This document shows positions 37,858-51,537 of a stretch of 64,000 nt of DNA, piece by piece. Positions within the stretch are counted from its first letter, which is position 1. Each line of letters begins with the position of its first letter. The notes beneath the pieces were generated by a model. That model saw nothing but the letters and a program-made list of their open reading frames with translations, was not told the DNA's origin and searched no databases. A program made the translations under genes and the position numbers. This stretch comes from Saccostrea echinata (taxonomy: Eukaryota): NCBI RefSeq assembly GCF_033153115.1, contig NW_026889751.1, forward strand, positions 2,666,001 to 2,730,000. Direction: 5' to 3'.

Positions 37858-40230
37858 AACAAGAGGCCCATGGGCCTTGAATCGCTCTTCTGATAAACTG
37901 TATAACCTATCACTTCTATTTGAAGCCTCAAAGTATCCTGTATATTTACATAAACCCTTGAAATTCCAATTCATACTCTGAGAACCCAAGATGATTCTAA
38001 GCCAATTAGTACCTGAGAGTTGGTCATGGTGACCTACTTATCACTTGTCATTCTCTGAGGACCCATCAACTAAGTTTGATGATTCTAAGCCAATTAATAC
38101 CTAAAATATTTTTTAAAATTATAATCATAAAATTTTATAAGTAGGTCAAAGTGACCTACTTTTCAATTGTTTTACTCCAAGGACCCAAGATGCATCAACT
38201 GACAAAGTTTGATGATTCTAAGCCAATTAGTACCTGTAATATTTAAATAAAGCCATAAATTTTCAAAAGTAGGTCACTGTGACCTACTTTTCAGTTGCTG
38301 TACTCCGAGGACCAAAGATACATCGCCTGACAAAGTTTGATGATTCTAGCCAATAAGTACCCAAAATATTTAATTACAGCCATAAATTTTCAAAAGTAGG
38401 TCACAGTGACCTACTTTTCAGTCAACCTACTCCGAGGACCAAAGTTGCATCAACTGACAAATTTTGACGATTCTAAGCCAAATAATTCCTGAAAATATTA
38501 AATACAGCCATAAAATTTCAAAAGTAGGTCACCGTGACCTACTTTTCAGCTGTTGTACTCCGAGGACCCAAGACGCATCAATTGACAAAGTTTAATGATT
38601 CTAAGCCAATTAGTACTCGAAATATTTGATTAAAGCCATAAATTTTCAAAAGTAGGTCACCGTGACCTACTTTTCAGTTGTTGTACTCAGAGGACCCATG
38701 ACGCCTAAACTGACAAAGTTTTATGATTCTAAGCCAATTAGTACCCAAAATATTTTATTAAAGCCATAAATTTTCTGAAAGTAGGTCACGGTGACCTACT
38801 TTTTAGTCGACCTACTCCGAAGACCCATGATGCATCAACTGACAAAGTTTGATGATTCTAAGCCAATTAGTACCCGAAATATTTAATTAAAGCCATAAAT
38901 TTTCAAAAGTAGGTCACGGTGACCTACTTTTTAGTCGATCTACTCTGAAGACCCAAGATGCATCAACTGACAAAGTTTGATGATTCTAAGCCAATTAGTA
39001 CCCGAAATATTTAATTATCGCCATAAATTTTCAAAAGTAGGTCACTGTGACCTACTTTTTAGTCGACCTACTCCGAAGACCCAAGATGCATCAACTGACA
39101 AAGTTTGATGATTCTAAGTCAATTAGTACCCGAAATATTTAATTAACGCCATAAATTTTCAAAAGTAGGTCACTGTGACCTACTTTTTAGTTGACCTACT
39201 CCGAAAACCCAAGATGCATCAACTGACAAAGTTTTATGATTCTAAGCCAATTAGTACCTGAAATATTTAATTATAGTCATATAAATTGAAAAGTAGGTCA
39301 CGGTGACCTACTTTTCAGTTGACCTTTTTTGAGGACCCAAGATGCATCAACTTACAAAGTTTTATGATCATAGGACTTAAAATGTCCAAATTATGCCTCT
39401 CAAACGCTTTGAAATCGAATGCCTGCAAAGTTCAAAAAGTAGGTCACTGTGACCTACTTTTTAATAAATATGTTTTATGGCCCCAAGATGCATCATCTTA
39501 CAAGATTTAATGATTCTAAGCCTCCCGGTATTCGAATTAATGACCTTAATTGTTTTAAAAAAGATTAGCCATAAAATTCAAAAAGTAGGTCAAGGTGACC
39601 TACTTTTTAGTTGACGTACTTTGAGGACCCAAGATGCATCAACTGACAAAGTTTGATGATCATAGGCCTTAAATTGTTCAAAATATGCCTCTAAATCATT
39701 TTGAAAAAGAATGGCCGCAAAATTTAAAAAGTAGGTCACCGTGACCTACTTTTGAGTCAACATGATATGAGGTCCTTAGATGCACCAACTGACAAGATTT
39801 GATGATCCTAGTCCTTATAGTAAGCAAAATATCAACATTTTAATAAAATGTAATTTTTGGTCAACTTTGAAGTGACCTTGAGACCACGCCCTTTGCCCCA
39901 GGGTAAATCCCCGTGCAAATTTTAATCTACAACATATCCTCATCCTTTTGTGTAAGTTTGGTGATAATCTGCCCAGTGGTTCTTGAGAAGAAGATTTTTT
40001 AGCAACCAGTACTTTTTTTTCTATTTTCCTAATTATCTCCCCTTGTTAAAGGGTCACAACCCCAGTTTTAGTATAAAAGGGAGCCCTTGGGCCAAGGATA
40101 CCCTGTGACAAATTTGACAATAATTGGCCAAGGGGTTCTTGAGTTATGGCCCATATTCTAAAAAGTTTACGCACACCGCACAAATGGCCATAGCATTAGC
40201 TCTTTGAGCCTTTGGCTCAGAAGAGCTAAA
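37858..40230 (-). mobile_element. Helentron-like element with a 128-bp (then 146-bp) palindrome-containing tandem array
   Basis: gtagg recurs every 128 bp from ~38141 to 39293, then every 146 bp to 39731; terminal hairpin gctctttgagcctttggctcagaagagctaaaa. Confidence 0.85.
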
Positions 40231-40542
40231 AACAAGATGTGTTTGTGAAACACTATGCCCCAGATGATAACACAATTCTGGAGTGGGACATAGACTACAG
40301 TGCAATAGTTATGGCCAAAGTTAAAGTTTTTCAAATGTAGGTCAAAGATCACAGTTGAGGTCACATGATCAAAAATTTCTGTACCAATGGAAAGGTCTTG
40401 TCGTAATGAACACTCATGTTAAATATTAATGCCTTACCCTTAACAGCGCAATAGTTATGGGCTAGGTTAAAGTTGACAACAGACAGACAGACTGGACAAA
40501 AACAATATACCCCTGGAATCTTTCGATCCCGGGGCATAAAAA
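40231..40542 (-). mobile_element. short Helentron-like element (family of 17971-19172)
   Basis: Same ends in reverse orientation; abuts the previous element, and another element end starts at 40551. Confidence 0.75.
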
Positions 40543-41471
40543 ATCACTTTAACAAGAGGCCCATGGGCCTTGATGTTCACTTGAGTATGGGGTTGGATAT
40601 ACTTAAGGATAAAACAGTATGATACCATACCAGCATATTTGCAATGATACAGTACTTTTTATGATACCTCTTAATACTTTTTTTAAAGGACAATATGCTT
40701 TAAGCATGTAATTGTAATATAAATAATATGTCTTTATTTTAAACTTATGTTTTCATTGAAATGCTGTAATAAAAGAAACAACAATTTTTAGAAAATGATA
40801 CTCATAGGTAAATATAATCTAAAACACGATATACAATTTGATTGGATTCACAATTATGATTAGTTTGACAAAAAGCTGCTTCTCAAAGTTGGTAAGAGTC
40901 TAAGATCCCTGTTTTTGACAATTATTATTTCCTATAGAAATGAACCACAGTACAAAGTATTTGATGCAGACTGCTGCTGAAACTCCGCAGCGTCGGAGGT
41001 TTAAACAAATAGGGCATTGCTATGAAAAATCAACAACTTTATATTTTGTTGGATTTAAACCTTTTAAAGGTAAGAAACGAAAGTTTTATAGTGATAGGGA
41101 CTAAAAGGATGTCCAAAGCGAAAAGTTGAAGAGGGCAGCTAATTCATTTCGGCCCCTATTGATCGAAACAAGCAGTTGAAGTCCGGGCAAGATTTTCTGA
41201 ATCACTTTGTGTGACACTAGTCTGAGATTCATAGAGTCAGACCAAAATGAATCTCGCTGAGATATTACAAGTCTAAAAGCCTCAGTTTATCAAATAATCA
41301 GGTCCAGCCCAAAGACAATTTCTACCTACGTAGCTATTAATAGCTACCTAGGTATTTAGAAAAACCTACCCAAAGTAGCTATTTTTACCTACTTTTTGTA
41401 TTCTAGCTACCTAGGTATTTAAACCTACACAAAGTAGCTATTTTTACCTACTTTTTGTATTACTTGCCCTA

Positions 41472-41900
41472 TAGATAGAACATTCTATCGTTAAAATGAT
41501 ATTGTCCTATGGACCCGGTTTAACGATAGAATTTGTTCCGTGTATTGGCAATGTTGCAAAATAAACACGGGCAGTAACTCGAATTCTGTGCATTTTCTAT
41601 AAACAATCCAGAGAGTTCCAAATGTCAACATGGCGTTAAATTTTAAGCGAGGAAAAAACGTTGAGAAAATCAGTTGAATTTTTGTATTTATATGGATTAT
41701 TTTTTAGGTTAAAAGGCATATACAATCTCAAAAAGGTTTGTTAAGATTAATTTGGTAGCTATTTTCAGTGCAACTCCTTTTGTATTCTTCAAAATCATTT
41801 TGGAGTGGATCCACTCCGATTTGCTACATTGCATGTATATGGGACCTATTCTAACTGTGGTGAGGGCTTGTCCCGAGACACAGTTAGATTATTCCAACTA
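41472..41900. mobile_element. non-autonomous DNA transposon with 9-bp TSD (AcademH- or MULE-like)
   Basis: tagatagaa...ttccaacta flanked by cttgcccta at 41463-41471 and 41901-41909. Confidence 0.75.
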
Positions 41901-42064
41901 CTTGCCCTATACAAAAAAAAAGCTCAACCCCAGGCAGAATTCATCGATTTACAACCCCTCCTGTATTCAGACTTCAATTAAAAGAAATATGGAGGAAATG
42001 CCTACTGATTAGAGTATAGCATAGAATTTAAATATAATTTTTCTAACAATCCTTTTCTTCTAAA

Positions 42065-42231
42065 CACAGGCCTCTGAATTTCTATCAATAAGCCGTTACA
42101 TGATTGATTAGAGTAATATATATACCCCCTCTATCTATAAAAAATACACGTATATTTATATATAGAGGGTGTATATTTATTACTCTAATCAATCATGTAA
42201 CGGCTTATTGATAGAAATTCAGAGGCCTGTG
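42065..42231. mobile_element. near-perfect palindromic MITE
   Basis: cacaggcctctgaatttctatcaataagccgttacatgattgattagagtaa is exactly mirrored; direct repeat ttctaaa on both flanks. Confidence 0.85.
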
Positions 42232-42362
42232 TTCTAAAGCTCATGGAAAACAGTATCAATGTGAAATTGTGCAAATTTCAACTTTTCCTCCAAGGTTCGA
42301 CTTCCATGAAAGATATAAGATACCAGGAAACTTTTGTATAAAGGATTACAAAACAAAACTAC

Positions 42363-42377
42363 CTTTTTCTTTGTCAT
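42363..42377 (-). CDS. PPAN: PPAN exon 1 (MTKKK)
   Basis: ATG ACA AAG AAA AAG|GTAGTT, phase 0, fits the exon 2 acceptor; very short, so inferred. Confidence 0.6.
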
Positions 42378-43035
42378 TTTAACGAATTATTGTCTCTCGT
42401 GTTTACAATCAAGATTTCATCGGTACAGTACACACGTGCCAAATCCTCTAACGGAAATAAAAGGCGTCGTCAGTGATAGATAGCTCGAACATTAATGAGT
42501 CGCTTTCTCGAGCACATTTTTAAAATGATTACGATATTGTGAGAAACGGTTTTAAATGTTGCTATCAAACATAGTTGCTTATATCATATATTTGCAATCT
42601 AATAACTGTTTCAGTGTGTTTTCAGCTTCCTTCCGTGTAACAATTGCTACAAAAATTTTGTTCGAGAGTTTGTTGAATTTATATATATATTTTTACTGAA
42701 AACCTTCACTGCCTACACTTACAGACGGCTATTACAGAATACTATTACTTTCGACCTTAATATTTGAGTTTGACCTACTTTAAACAAATTTTAACCTTGG
42801 ACATAACTTTTGAAGGGTGGGTGCTAGGACTTTCATATATCACATGTGCATTCATTGTGATAATTTAAGACCATCTATTTGGGGGGAAATACTTTAACCT
42901 TGCCTATAACTTTTGGAAGATTGCTGCTAGGGCTTTCATATTTCTCTTACGCATCCATATGTGACAAGACCTTTACTTTGGTACCTTTTTTTTTTGTCCT
43001 CATGACATGGAGCTTGGAGTTATGGAGTATGATCT

Positions 43036-44470
43036 CAGTGGCGGATTCAGGGGGGTTTGGGGGGGGGGGGTTCGGGAACCGATCAAAAAAAAAATTTTTT
43101 ACAAGACATTTAGTGTCATTTTAACAATATATTGCATAAATGCGACTCTATCCAAGCCCATTGTTTTACACAAAGATGTGAAATATACAGCCTCCATATG
43201 TAACCCCTTTCCGCTTGAGCGCACACAATATACAGGTAATCAACAGTACTGTACAGAGATCATGATAGTCCGTGCAGCTAGTGATGACACATCGTCATAC
43301 ACTAACAACCAAAACTGCACATAGTTATATTACGGGGTTTTTTTTTTTGGGGGGGGGGGGAGGTATTGCTTAAGTAATATAGTTTCGAGAAATTTCTTCT
43401 TTCTTCGATAATGGAATGTTACTTTATTGAACTACATGAATAAACTGTGATTATTATTTAATAGGAAAAAAAATTAATTAATACACCAGGGACGTATACT
43501 AGTTGTTTTATACGTTGTGACCCGTACCAAAAAGCACATTGAAAGTATTCCTTTTGTAGATGGAAGATACAATGCAATTTTAAAAGCAAAAGATCTGCTT
43601 TTTTTTTAAATTACAGTTGAATGATGTTGAATAAAACCCAACTAACCGTTACAACTTTGTATAATGAATTGTGGTAAAACTGATACGTATAAATTAGAAG
43701 TCCTGTCAAAACAAGAATTGGCCACTTTTTTATTGATTGTTTTTCAAGACTTTTTTTTCAAACATTGGGCAGGTAAGTGGGTTAAAAAAAAGAATTAAAG
43801 AGTGCATTTATGTTAGAAATTATAATTACCCCCCCCCCATGAATAAGCAATAATTCCAATTATTTCCCAAATAATTTATATTTATTCTTCAATATGAAAT
43901 ATCATTATTTGTTTATATTGCAAATTATATGAACGTATAGTCAAGTAGTTCAAAAGAGTAATTAGGGTTTCTATACAGAATTCGAATTTTCTAAGTGTTG
44001 GAAAATTGCACACCATGCAGTTGTATTTTGGTAGACAAAGCTTAATATGCGACAATGTGTTGGACGTGCATTTTAAAATGAAGAATTGGATATTATATAG
44101 CAAATGGGGATATTTCTAATTTTATCAGATTTTACATTTAATTTTTTCTTTAGAAAAGTCTCATTTTTCAAGTTAACATGGAAGTTTAAAAAAAAATCCC
44201 AAAATTTTAATTTTTTGTTCAATTTCTTGAAAATTTGGGTATGTCGGTCTTGAAAAACAACTAGAAAAAAGTGGCCAAAAACTAACTAATTCAATCTAAA
44301 ATGCTGGAAAATGCACCATTTCGAGCCATTTTTAAAGAAAATTTCTCGGGGGAGGCCCCCGAACCCCCACCTATGGGAGGGGGACACCCCCTCCCATGCC
44401 CTCCCCCCTCGGCCCTACGGGCCTCAACCCCCCCCCCCCCCACACACATGAACTTCTGGATCCGCCATTG
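43036..44470. mobile_element. hAT-like MITE inserted in a decayed Helentron repeat array
   Basis: TIRs cagtggcggattcag / ctggatccgccattg; degenerate 8-bp flanks tatgatct / gatcatct; G/C-run subtermini. Confidence 0.7.
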
Positions 44471-46587
44471 GATCATCTTTTTGAAAAACATTGAATTTGG
44501 CCAAAATTTCTGAATGGTTGGTTTCGGCTATTGTATTTCACATGTGTATATTATCTTTGTGACAATACCATTCTTTAGGCATCAATGTTTTTGAAGTCTT
44601 GACTTTGACCTTGGAGTTTGACCTACATTAGAAAAAAAAAAACTTTAACTTTGGCATTGGTAAATGATTTTGATCGCGAGTCTGTCTGTTTAGCTGTTTA
44701 TTTTTTACAGCTACTTCATCTATGTCTCACAGTCTCAAAACAACCTATAGTATATTGTATATAGCTGTGTATCCGCGATGTTTCGAATAAATATATTATT
44801 ATTTTAAAGTTTTTACTATGTACAAATGATTAATAATTGGGTTCGCTTAGGTTTCCTACTTAAGAATCACGCTTAAAATGTAAAATCAAAACAATCTTCA
44901 ATACTATCAATGACACTAAAGAACAACTGACTAAAATACACTATATATCCTTTTCCTAGGTCCTATCTGGATAATGATTGGTAACTATAAACAAAAATGA
45001 ACTATATACAAGAGAATCACCTTTAATCAAATCAATGATCAAATCTTCACCCTTATCTCTGTAGCTGCAGGCTGAGTGATTTAACTAACAATTCTGTTGT
45101 TTTCATACACAGTCTGCAACTACCTAAAACACACCTTAAAAAAGTCACTGAGACACCTTTATTATTTCAAGGTCACGAAGACACAATCTAAATTCACTAA
45201 TAGTCACTGAGGAACTAGATCCTTAGCTGAGTGGACTAACTAACAATTCTGTTGTTTCCCGACACAGCCCAAGAACCTAGCCTTAAGAAGTGTTACTCAA
45301 GCAATGAGTAACAGCCAAGTGAACGAAAACTAGAAGGTTGTCTATTTATACCTTTATCCTATGCCTAATTACTACCGATTGGTAAATAATTGGTAAGCTC
45401 TGATTGGGTGTAACGTAAACGTTGATTGGCAATCGATTGGATGATTACAGGCGCCTTTCAACCCACTTTGATTATACTATTTCATTACATTACCCGTGCC
45501 CTCCAAAAAAATGTGCTGTGCGTCCTTGCATAAGTTAACAATAATAGTAATAAGGATTGTCTTTGATGTATTTTACAATCTTCTTAGTTGTTTTAACGTG
45601 TTTGGGAAACTCAGTCTGAACACTGGAATCGCAAGTGCTGGTTCGTTGAGGTGTTTTAGCTTCGAGCGTTCCTTCACCTGATGATTGAGTTTTATCAGCT
45701 TTATTCTCGTCCAAAGAAGATTGAGACTTCTCCACCCACTTTCCAACTTTTCCTAAGACAGTAATTGGAAATATAGGGTCACGAGTGCGTTTCTTTCCTT
45801 GCAATATAGTATTAGTGGGTTGTCGAAACAAACGACCCTGCTGAAGAGATGTAATAGATTCCAATTGCTGAGATGCGTTTTCACCATTAGGATCTTCATG
45901 ACTCTGGGAACTAGTAGAGTTATCCTGTTCTGCGGAGGGTTTGTTAGGTTGGACATCCTCAACAGAAATGTCTGGATCATTATCCCATTAGAAATGTCTG
46001 GATCATTATCCCAGTCACTGCTGTCTGATAGTTCAAGATCAGTAGTCAACGGTTGTTCTGCAAAGTTTGATGGTTGATGCATTGTTTTAATGTCTTCTGA
46101 GATATACGTGCTTTGTAGTTTTAAAAGGACACAAATCACAAATCATTTGAAGACCACAATAATAAAATTATGGTTCTTGAGTTCTTATAACGTTTCTGTT
46201 CGGAAAGGGCACATGGGGCATTTAAGTGAAGATCTTGAAGTAATCTTCGTTTTTGGCATGATCTAAAAAGACTGGAGTATTGACACTCAATTTGAGTACA
46301 CCCCACAAAGGGAAGAAGAAGAAATGGTTTAAATGAAACATACTCCGATGAATATTCGGAGAGCTTTCTCTGTCGTTTGCTACCTGTCTGATAGCAGTCA
46401 TTCTTAATTTTAGTCTCGGTGTCTTCTGTCTTGTAATTGTTAGAATCTGAAATTGCATTGTCTGCAATATCTGTCCGTAAATGCAATTGTTCTGATGCTA
46501 GGATTTGGTCTTTCACTGGCCTTATTCTGTCAGTATGAATGACTTGATTTGCTCCCCTTGTCCACAGTTTATATTATACATGTAAGT

Positions 46588-46887
46588 TTGTTTGTTTGTA
46601 TCTTGTTTAACGTCCCTCTCGAGAATTTTTCACTCATATGGAGACGCCACCACTTGCCGGCGGAAAGCTGCAAATTTTGTCCTATACTCGGCACTTACGG
46701 CCATTGAGCAGTGAGGGATCTTTTTCGTGCCAGCACCTACTGCGACACGGGACCTCGGTTTATAAGCTCTCATCCTAAGGACCGGTCTCCACGTCCCACA
46801 GTGGGATTCGAACCCGCGACGTAAGGATATACTCCTTACGCCGCGACTCTAGAGCAGACACTCTAACCACTGCGCTACCCGGGCGAC
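46588..46887 (-). mobile_element. full-length tRNA-derived V-domain SINE inside the Gypsy element
   Basis: Head GTAGCGCAGTGG (A box)..GGTTCGAATCC (B box); (aaac)n tail; 14-bp TSD ttatacatgtaagt at 46574 and 46888. Confidence 0.9.
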
Positions 46888-46929
46888 TTATACATGTAAG
46901 TAACATTTGAACATTATTCAATAATTTCA

Positions 46930-49900
46930 AATGGTCCTTGCCAATATAATGAGAGCTTGGAAGATGTACCAGTCTTACGTTTCAGAAAGTAAACGTAAAC
47001 TCTATCATCTGGAGTAAATGACTGCCAGTTCAATTTTCTATCATGGTACCACTTCTGTCGTTGTATACTTTCCTTTGTCATTTCCCTGACAACTACACGG
47101 GCTTCTTCTAATTTTTCGTGTAAATCCCAAACTCATCTATTCTGTGGTATTTTTTAATATAAGGATTAAGGTTATAAACAATATCCAGTTTGGTAGCGAC
47201 TTCTCTACCTAATATCATTTTGTTTTGGGTTGCACTAGTTGATTCGTGGACCGCTGCTCTGTATTCCGTCATTACATATGGTGCTCATTGATATATGCTG
47301 ATAGCATGGTAGCTAGTGTTATGTTGAATCTTTCAACCACCCCGTCCGATTGGGGGTGGTACGGGGTGATGCGTTTTTTCTTTATATTCAAAGGCATACA
47401 CATTTCTGTAAAAAGATTGCTTTCAAACTGGACTCCTTGATCAGAGTGAACAGTTCCAGGCACTCCAAAGCCAGCTATGACTTCTTCCACTATCACCTTA
47501 GCTACAGTTGCGGATTACATATTTGCCATATGAAAACTTTCTGTCCATTCAGTAAAGTAATCCGATGCGACTAGTATATATCGGTTACCATTATTAGACA
47601 ATGGAAGTTCGCCTAATATATCTATAGCAAAACGTTCCATTGGTGCACCGTTTTGTAGTTTTTTATGATTTTCGCCTAAGGCATTTTTCACAACCTGCAA
47701 TGTACACAATTTCTACAATCCTGGCTAATAGTATTTGGCTGACAATGTTTTCCTTATCCCAAAATGTGCAGAAGTTCTTTCATCATGGAACTGTCCTAAC
47801 ACTGTACGTCTTTCACTGTATGGGAAAACAGAAACTTTTTCATTTTAATTTCATGTTTTTTTCTTTTGGAAGAGCAATCCATTTTCTAATACCAGAGCAT
47901 CCCACTGAGAACACAGAGATTTTATGAAGTTGCTATGACCAGATATCTGTGACGACTCTGGCTTTACACCTTTTTTTTAACCCATTTTATCATGATCAGG
48001 TGATTTATGTTTTTGTCGTGAGATTCCGCACTACTTATAGTATTAACTATCAGCATTTGCATGTTTATTCCCTGGTCTATGATCAATTGTCATTTGAAAA
48101 TTGCTTACATTCAAACCAATGAGCAAGTTGGCTTTCTGGATTTTTGCTGTTCATTAGCCATTTCAAAGAGCTCTGTTCTGACTAAAAACTATTTGTCATA
48201 CAAGTAGTGTTTGTAATACTTTGTATTGTAGACAACAGCTTACAGCTCCTCTTGTGTCATGCAATATTTACGTTCAGTTTTAAAAAAGGTTCTGCTTCCA
48301 AATGCAATAACCCTTTGTACTCCATTCTGTATCCGTGAAAGAACTGCCCCAATAGCTACGTCACTAGCATCTGTATCCAGAATAAATGAGTGGGTAAAAT
48401 CAGGATGGGCCAAATTGGGTTCGGCGCGGAGATAAGTGCATGACGAAGCGAGTTTAAAGATGCTTGACAATTATCTGTCCATTTGAAATTTGCTACTTTC
48501 TCAGTCAATTTGTGCAGTGACTTTGCCTTTGCTGTGAAGTTATGTATAAAACGTCTGGAGTAGCTGCAAAGACCTAAAAAACTTTTTACCTCTGTCAGAG
48601 GTTTGTAGGCACGCACCAATTTTGTAATGCAGAAATTTTTGAAGGAACAGTGCTTACTCCTTCTTCTGATACATGTCCGAGAAATTCAACATTCTTATGA
48701 AACAGATGACCCTTTCTTGCTTTCAACTTCAGGTTGGCAGATGATAGTCTATCAAATACCCGTGTGAGGTTTTCTAACATGTTGGTAAGCGACGTTCCGA
48801 TAACAATGATGTCATCTAGGTATACCAAATATATTTGCCATTGCAAGCCAATCAGAACAGCTTCCATTAGCCTTTCAAAGTTTGCCGGGGCACTGCAAAG
48901 GCCAAAAGGCATTACATTAAGTCAAGGGTTGAGAACCACTTTGCTCCGTCAAGACTGTCTAACGAGTCGTCGATGCGTGGTAGTGGGTAGGCATCTTTGA
49001 CAGTAGCTGCATTCAAACGCCTGTAGTCCACACAGAAACGCAAATAGCCATCTTCATTTTGGCCAAAACTACTCCTGATGCACATGGGCTATTTGACTGC
49101 TCTATGATGTTTCTATCAAGCATGTCATCTAATTGCTTGTTCATCTCGTCCTGAAAATGATGTGGAATTCTTCCAGGAGGTTTTTTCAGTGGGCGAGCGT
49201 CCTTGGTTCAATCGTGTGTTTGACAAGATCTTTGTCTGACCTCGTAAATATATATGCATACCTGGTCAAGAACCTCCATAATTTAGGTACTTCACCAGCT
49301 TTAAGATGAAGTTCATATCTCTCAAACAGATCCTGCAGATGAGACGGCAGATCTGCGCATGGTTTATCTATAGTAGACACATTGTCGTCAATAAATGTTC
49401 TTGAATACACTGTTTATTGGTCATGGGATAGATTCATCATTCGGACTGGTATTTCTCTAATTTTTTTATATAGCAATCGGATCCAGCTGTCAAAGCTTTT
49501 CCTGATTTGAGAAACTTCTCCGATGGTTCTATCATACCCAAAACTTCTTTCATGTCGTGGGGGTTTTGACGGCATTGAGACTTTACAAAAAGTCACTATT
49601 TCACTTCTGGCAGGAAGAGCGATCATATCTTTTGAGTTAATACTGAAGCATCCAATTTTGCCAAGGAAATAAACTTTGTAAAATTTGTCGTTCACCTTAA
49701 AATACCCGTTAACTACGTCTATTATACAATTATATCTCTTCATAAAGCCAAGTCCAATGACGCCATCAAGAGAAAAATCTGCTACGATGACATCTTGGCT
49801 ATACAAACTATTACCCAAATAAATACAAAGAGAAGTTTTTCCTTTCACAGTCAGGTCTGTCCAACACGCGGAAGAGACAATTTGATCAGTTTTGCACAAA

Positions 49901-50921
49901 ACTGGCATGTTTTTGTATAGCTTCGTAAATTTTACTGGACAGTACTTACAATATTGCTCCAGTGTCAAACAAGCAACTTTGCTTCAAACCCCTGAATGGT
50001 AGCTTTCACGTACAATCCAGCTTCTGGATCGTTCTGGTTTACGCCAACTTGAGCTTTGTAAGACGTGATGCATTGGAATGTACTAGTATTTTGTACAGGA
50101 TATCTCTTTGTATTAGATGAACGTCTTTGCTTTCATGTCATTAACTTCTTTACGAAGTTCTCTTATTTCATCCTTCAGCTCTACCAAGACACTTGTGCTG
50201 ATTGATTCTGAATTGGCCATTTTGTTTCCTTCAGTTTTCTCTGACTGCATTGGTCGTAATTGGGTTTGAGTTTCTAACATTTTACGATTAGATTTAACAA
50301 ATGCTTCCAATTCGACAGCATGTCGAATAGCATCATTGAGATTTGATGGCCTTGCTTGTTTTATTCTCAACCTTATGTCAGAATCCAAGAAAGCATCGAT
50401 AAACTGTTCATTTGCATCTGTTTTTTAAACATCCCGTAGAGCCGTTGGGTATGCCAAATTTGTTAATCTTCGTATGGACTGTTCTAGTTGTTGCAAAGTT
50501 TCCGTTGCTCGTAGTCGCATTTTGATTTGAGTTGCAAATCTCTCCTCTATGGCATTAACAAGCAAGACATATTCATGCTTATGTGTATTAGGCAAATTCG
50601 CCAATACACATTGAGCCTGTCCTCTTTAGGAAACTGCTAAATAAAGACCTTTCTCTTGTTCTGTCCACTTGTTTGACATGGCACACGCAACAAAATGGGA
50701 GTGATAGTCTAACCAGGACCCGTGCCATCAAATGTTGCAGGTTTAATACGAGTCTGTGGGTTCTTCTCCGCTGCTCTTATAATATTAGTGTCCTCATCTG
50801 GTCTACCAAAGCGACGGTAATGTTGACGATGAGTAATGTTTGATTCTGTTGCACTTCCAGAGACTGGTGTTGACATTAAATAGCCAGGTCTTTTGCCTTC
50901 ATCAGGCTGAACTTGTACCAA
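46930..50921 (-). pseudogene. frameshifted Gypsy gag-pol
   Basis: gag IKPATFDG; RT MPFGLCSAPANFERLM..VYLDDII; RNase H FILDTDASDVAIGAVLS; integrase HSDQGVQFES..TPYHPQSDGVVERFN; many stops and frameshifts. Confidence 0.93.
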
Positions 50922-51264
50922 ACAACATTTTATCTTCCCAATAAACTTTTCCTATGGGATGCTTTTTCGGTTTAACATCACCGTGGAAGTCTGTATCTGA
51001 AAATCTCCCTGATGCAAAAGCAGAATATTTTGATTTTGTATCTGATCGAACATCTGGAGTACTACTTTTATGAGCACTTGTATCCTCGTTAGATACTAAA
51101 CTAGTATTGTGAATGATTAAACTGTCATTTTAAAATTTTTGTGACTTTTTCTCTATAAACCTGATTTCTTTGTCAATGTCGTCAACGTCTTATCCATATT
51201 GTACAATATGCCCACAATGAAAATAAACAATAGATCAACAAATTATACAAAATATAAACGTGAT

Positions 51265-51282
51265 ATCCCACCGCTGCCACCA
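51265..51282 (-). other. primer-binding site complementary to the tRNA-Leu 3' end
   Basis: TGGTGGCAGCGGTGGGAT, 4 nt inside the 5' LTR end (..TACA). Confidence 0.85.
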
Positions 51283-51309
51283 AATTTGTAACGTTTTTAC
51301 TATGTACAA

Positions 51310-51537
51310 TGAAATGTATGGAGACAACGAACAGTATTCAAGCTCAAAAGCTCATTAAACAATACACATTTTGAATCAGAGCAAACACGGACCTCTAAAA
51401 CATCAGAGGTGGGATCAGGTGCCATGGAAGAGTGAGCATCCCCTGCCGACCGGTCACACCCGCCATGTGCTCCTTGTCATGATTGGGAAACGCCGACAAT
51501 GCAGTGTGTAAATAAGGGCCTAACAATAAGTATGAAA
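51310..51537. mobile_element. short interspersed insertion present only in the 5' LTR
   Basis: Absent from the other LTR; motif ggtgggatcaggtgccatggaagagtgagcatcccctgccgaccggtcacacccgc; family not assigned. Confidence 0.65.

Noticed and set aside
46800-46887. tRNA gene (also 61545-61620 and 34065-34125)
   Set aside because: A and B boxes are present but there is no proper cloverleaf; these are SINE heads or LTR-embedded tRNA-like sequence.
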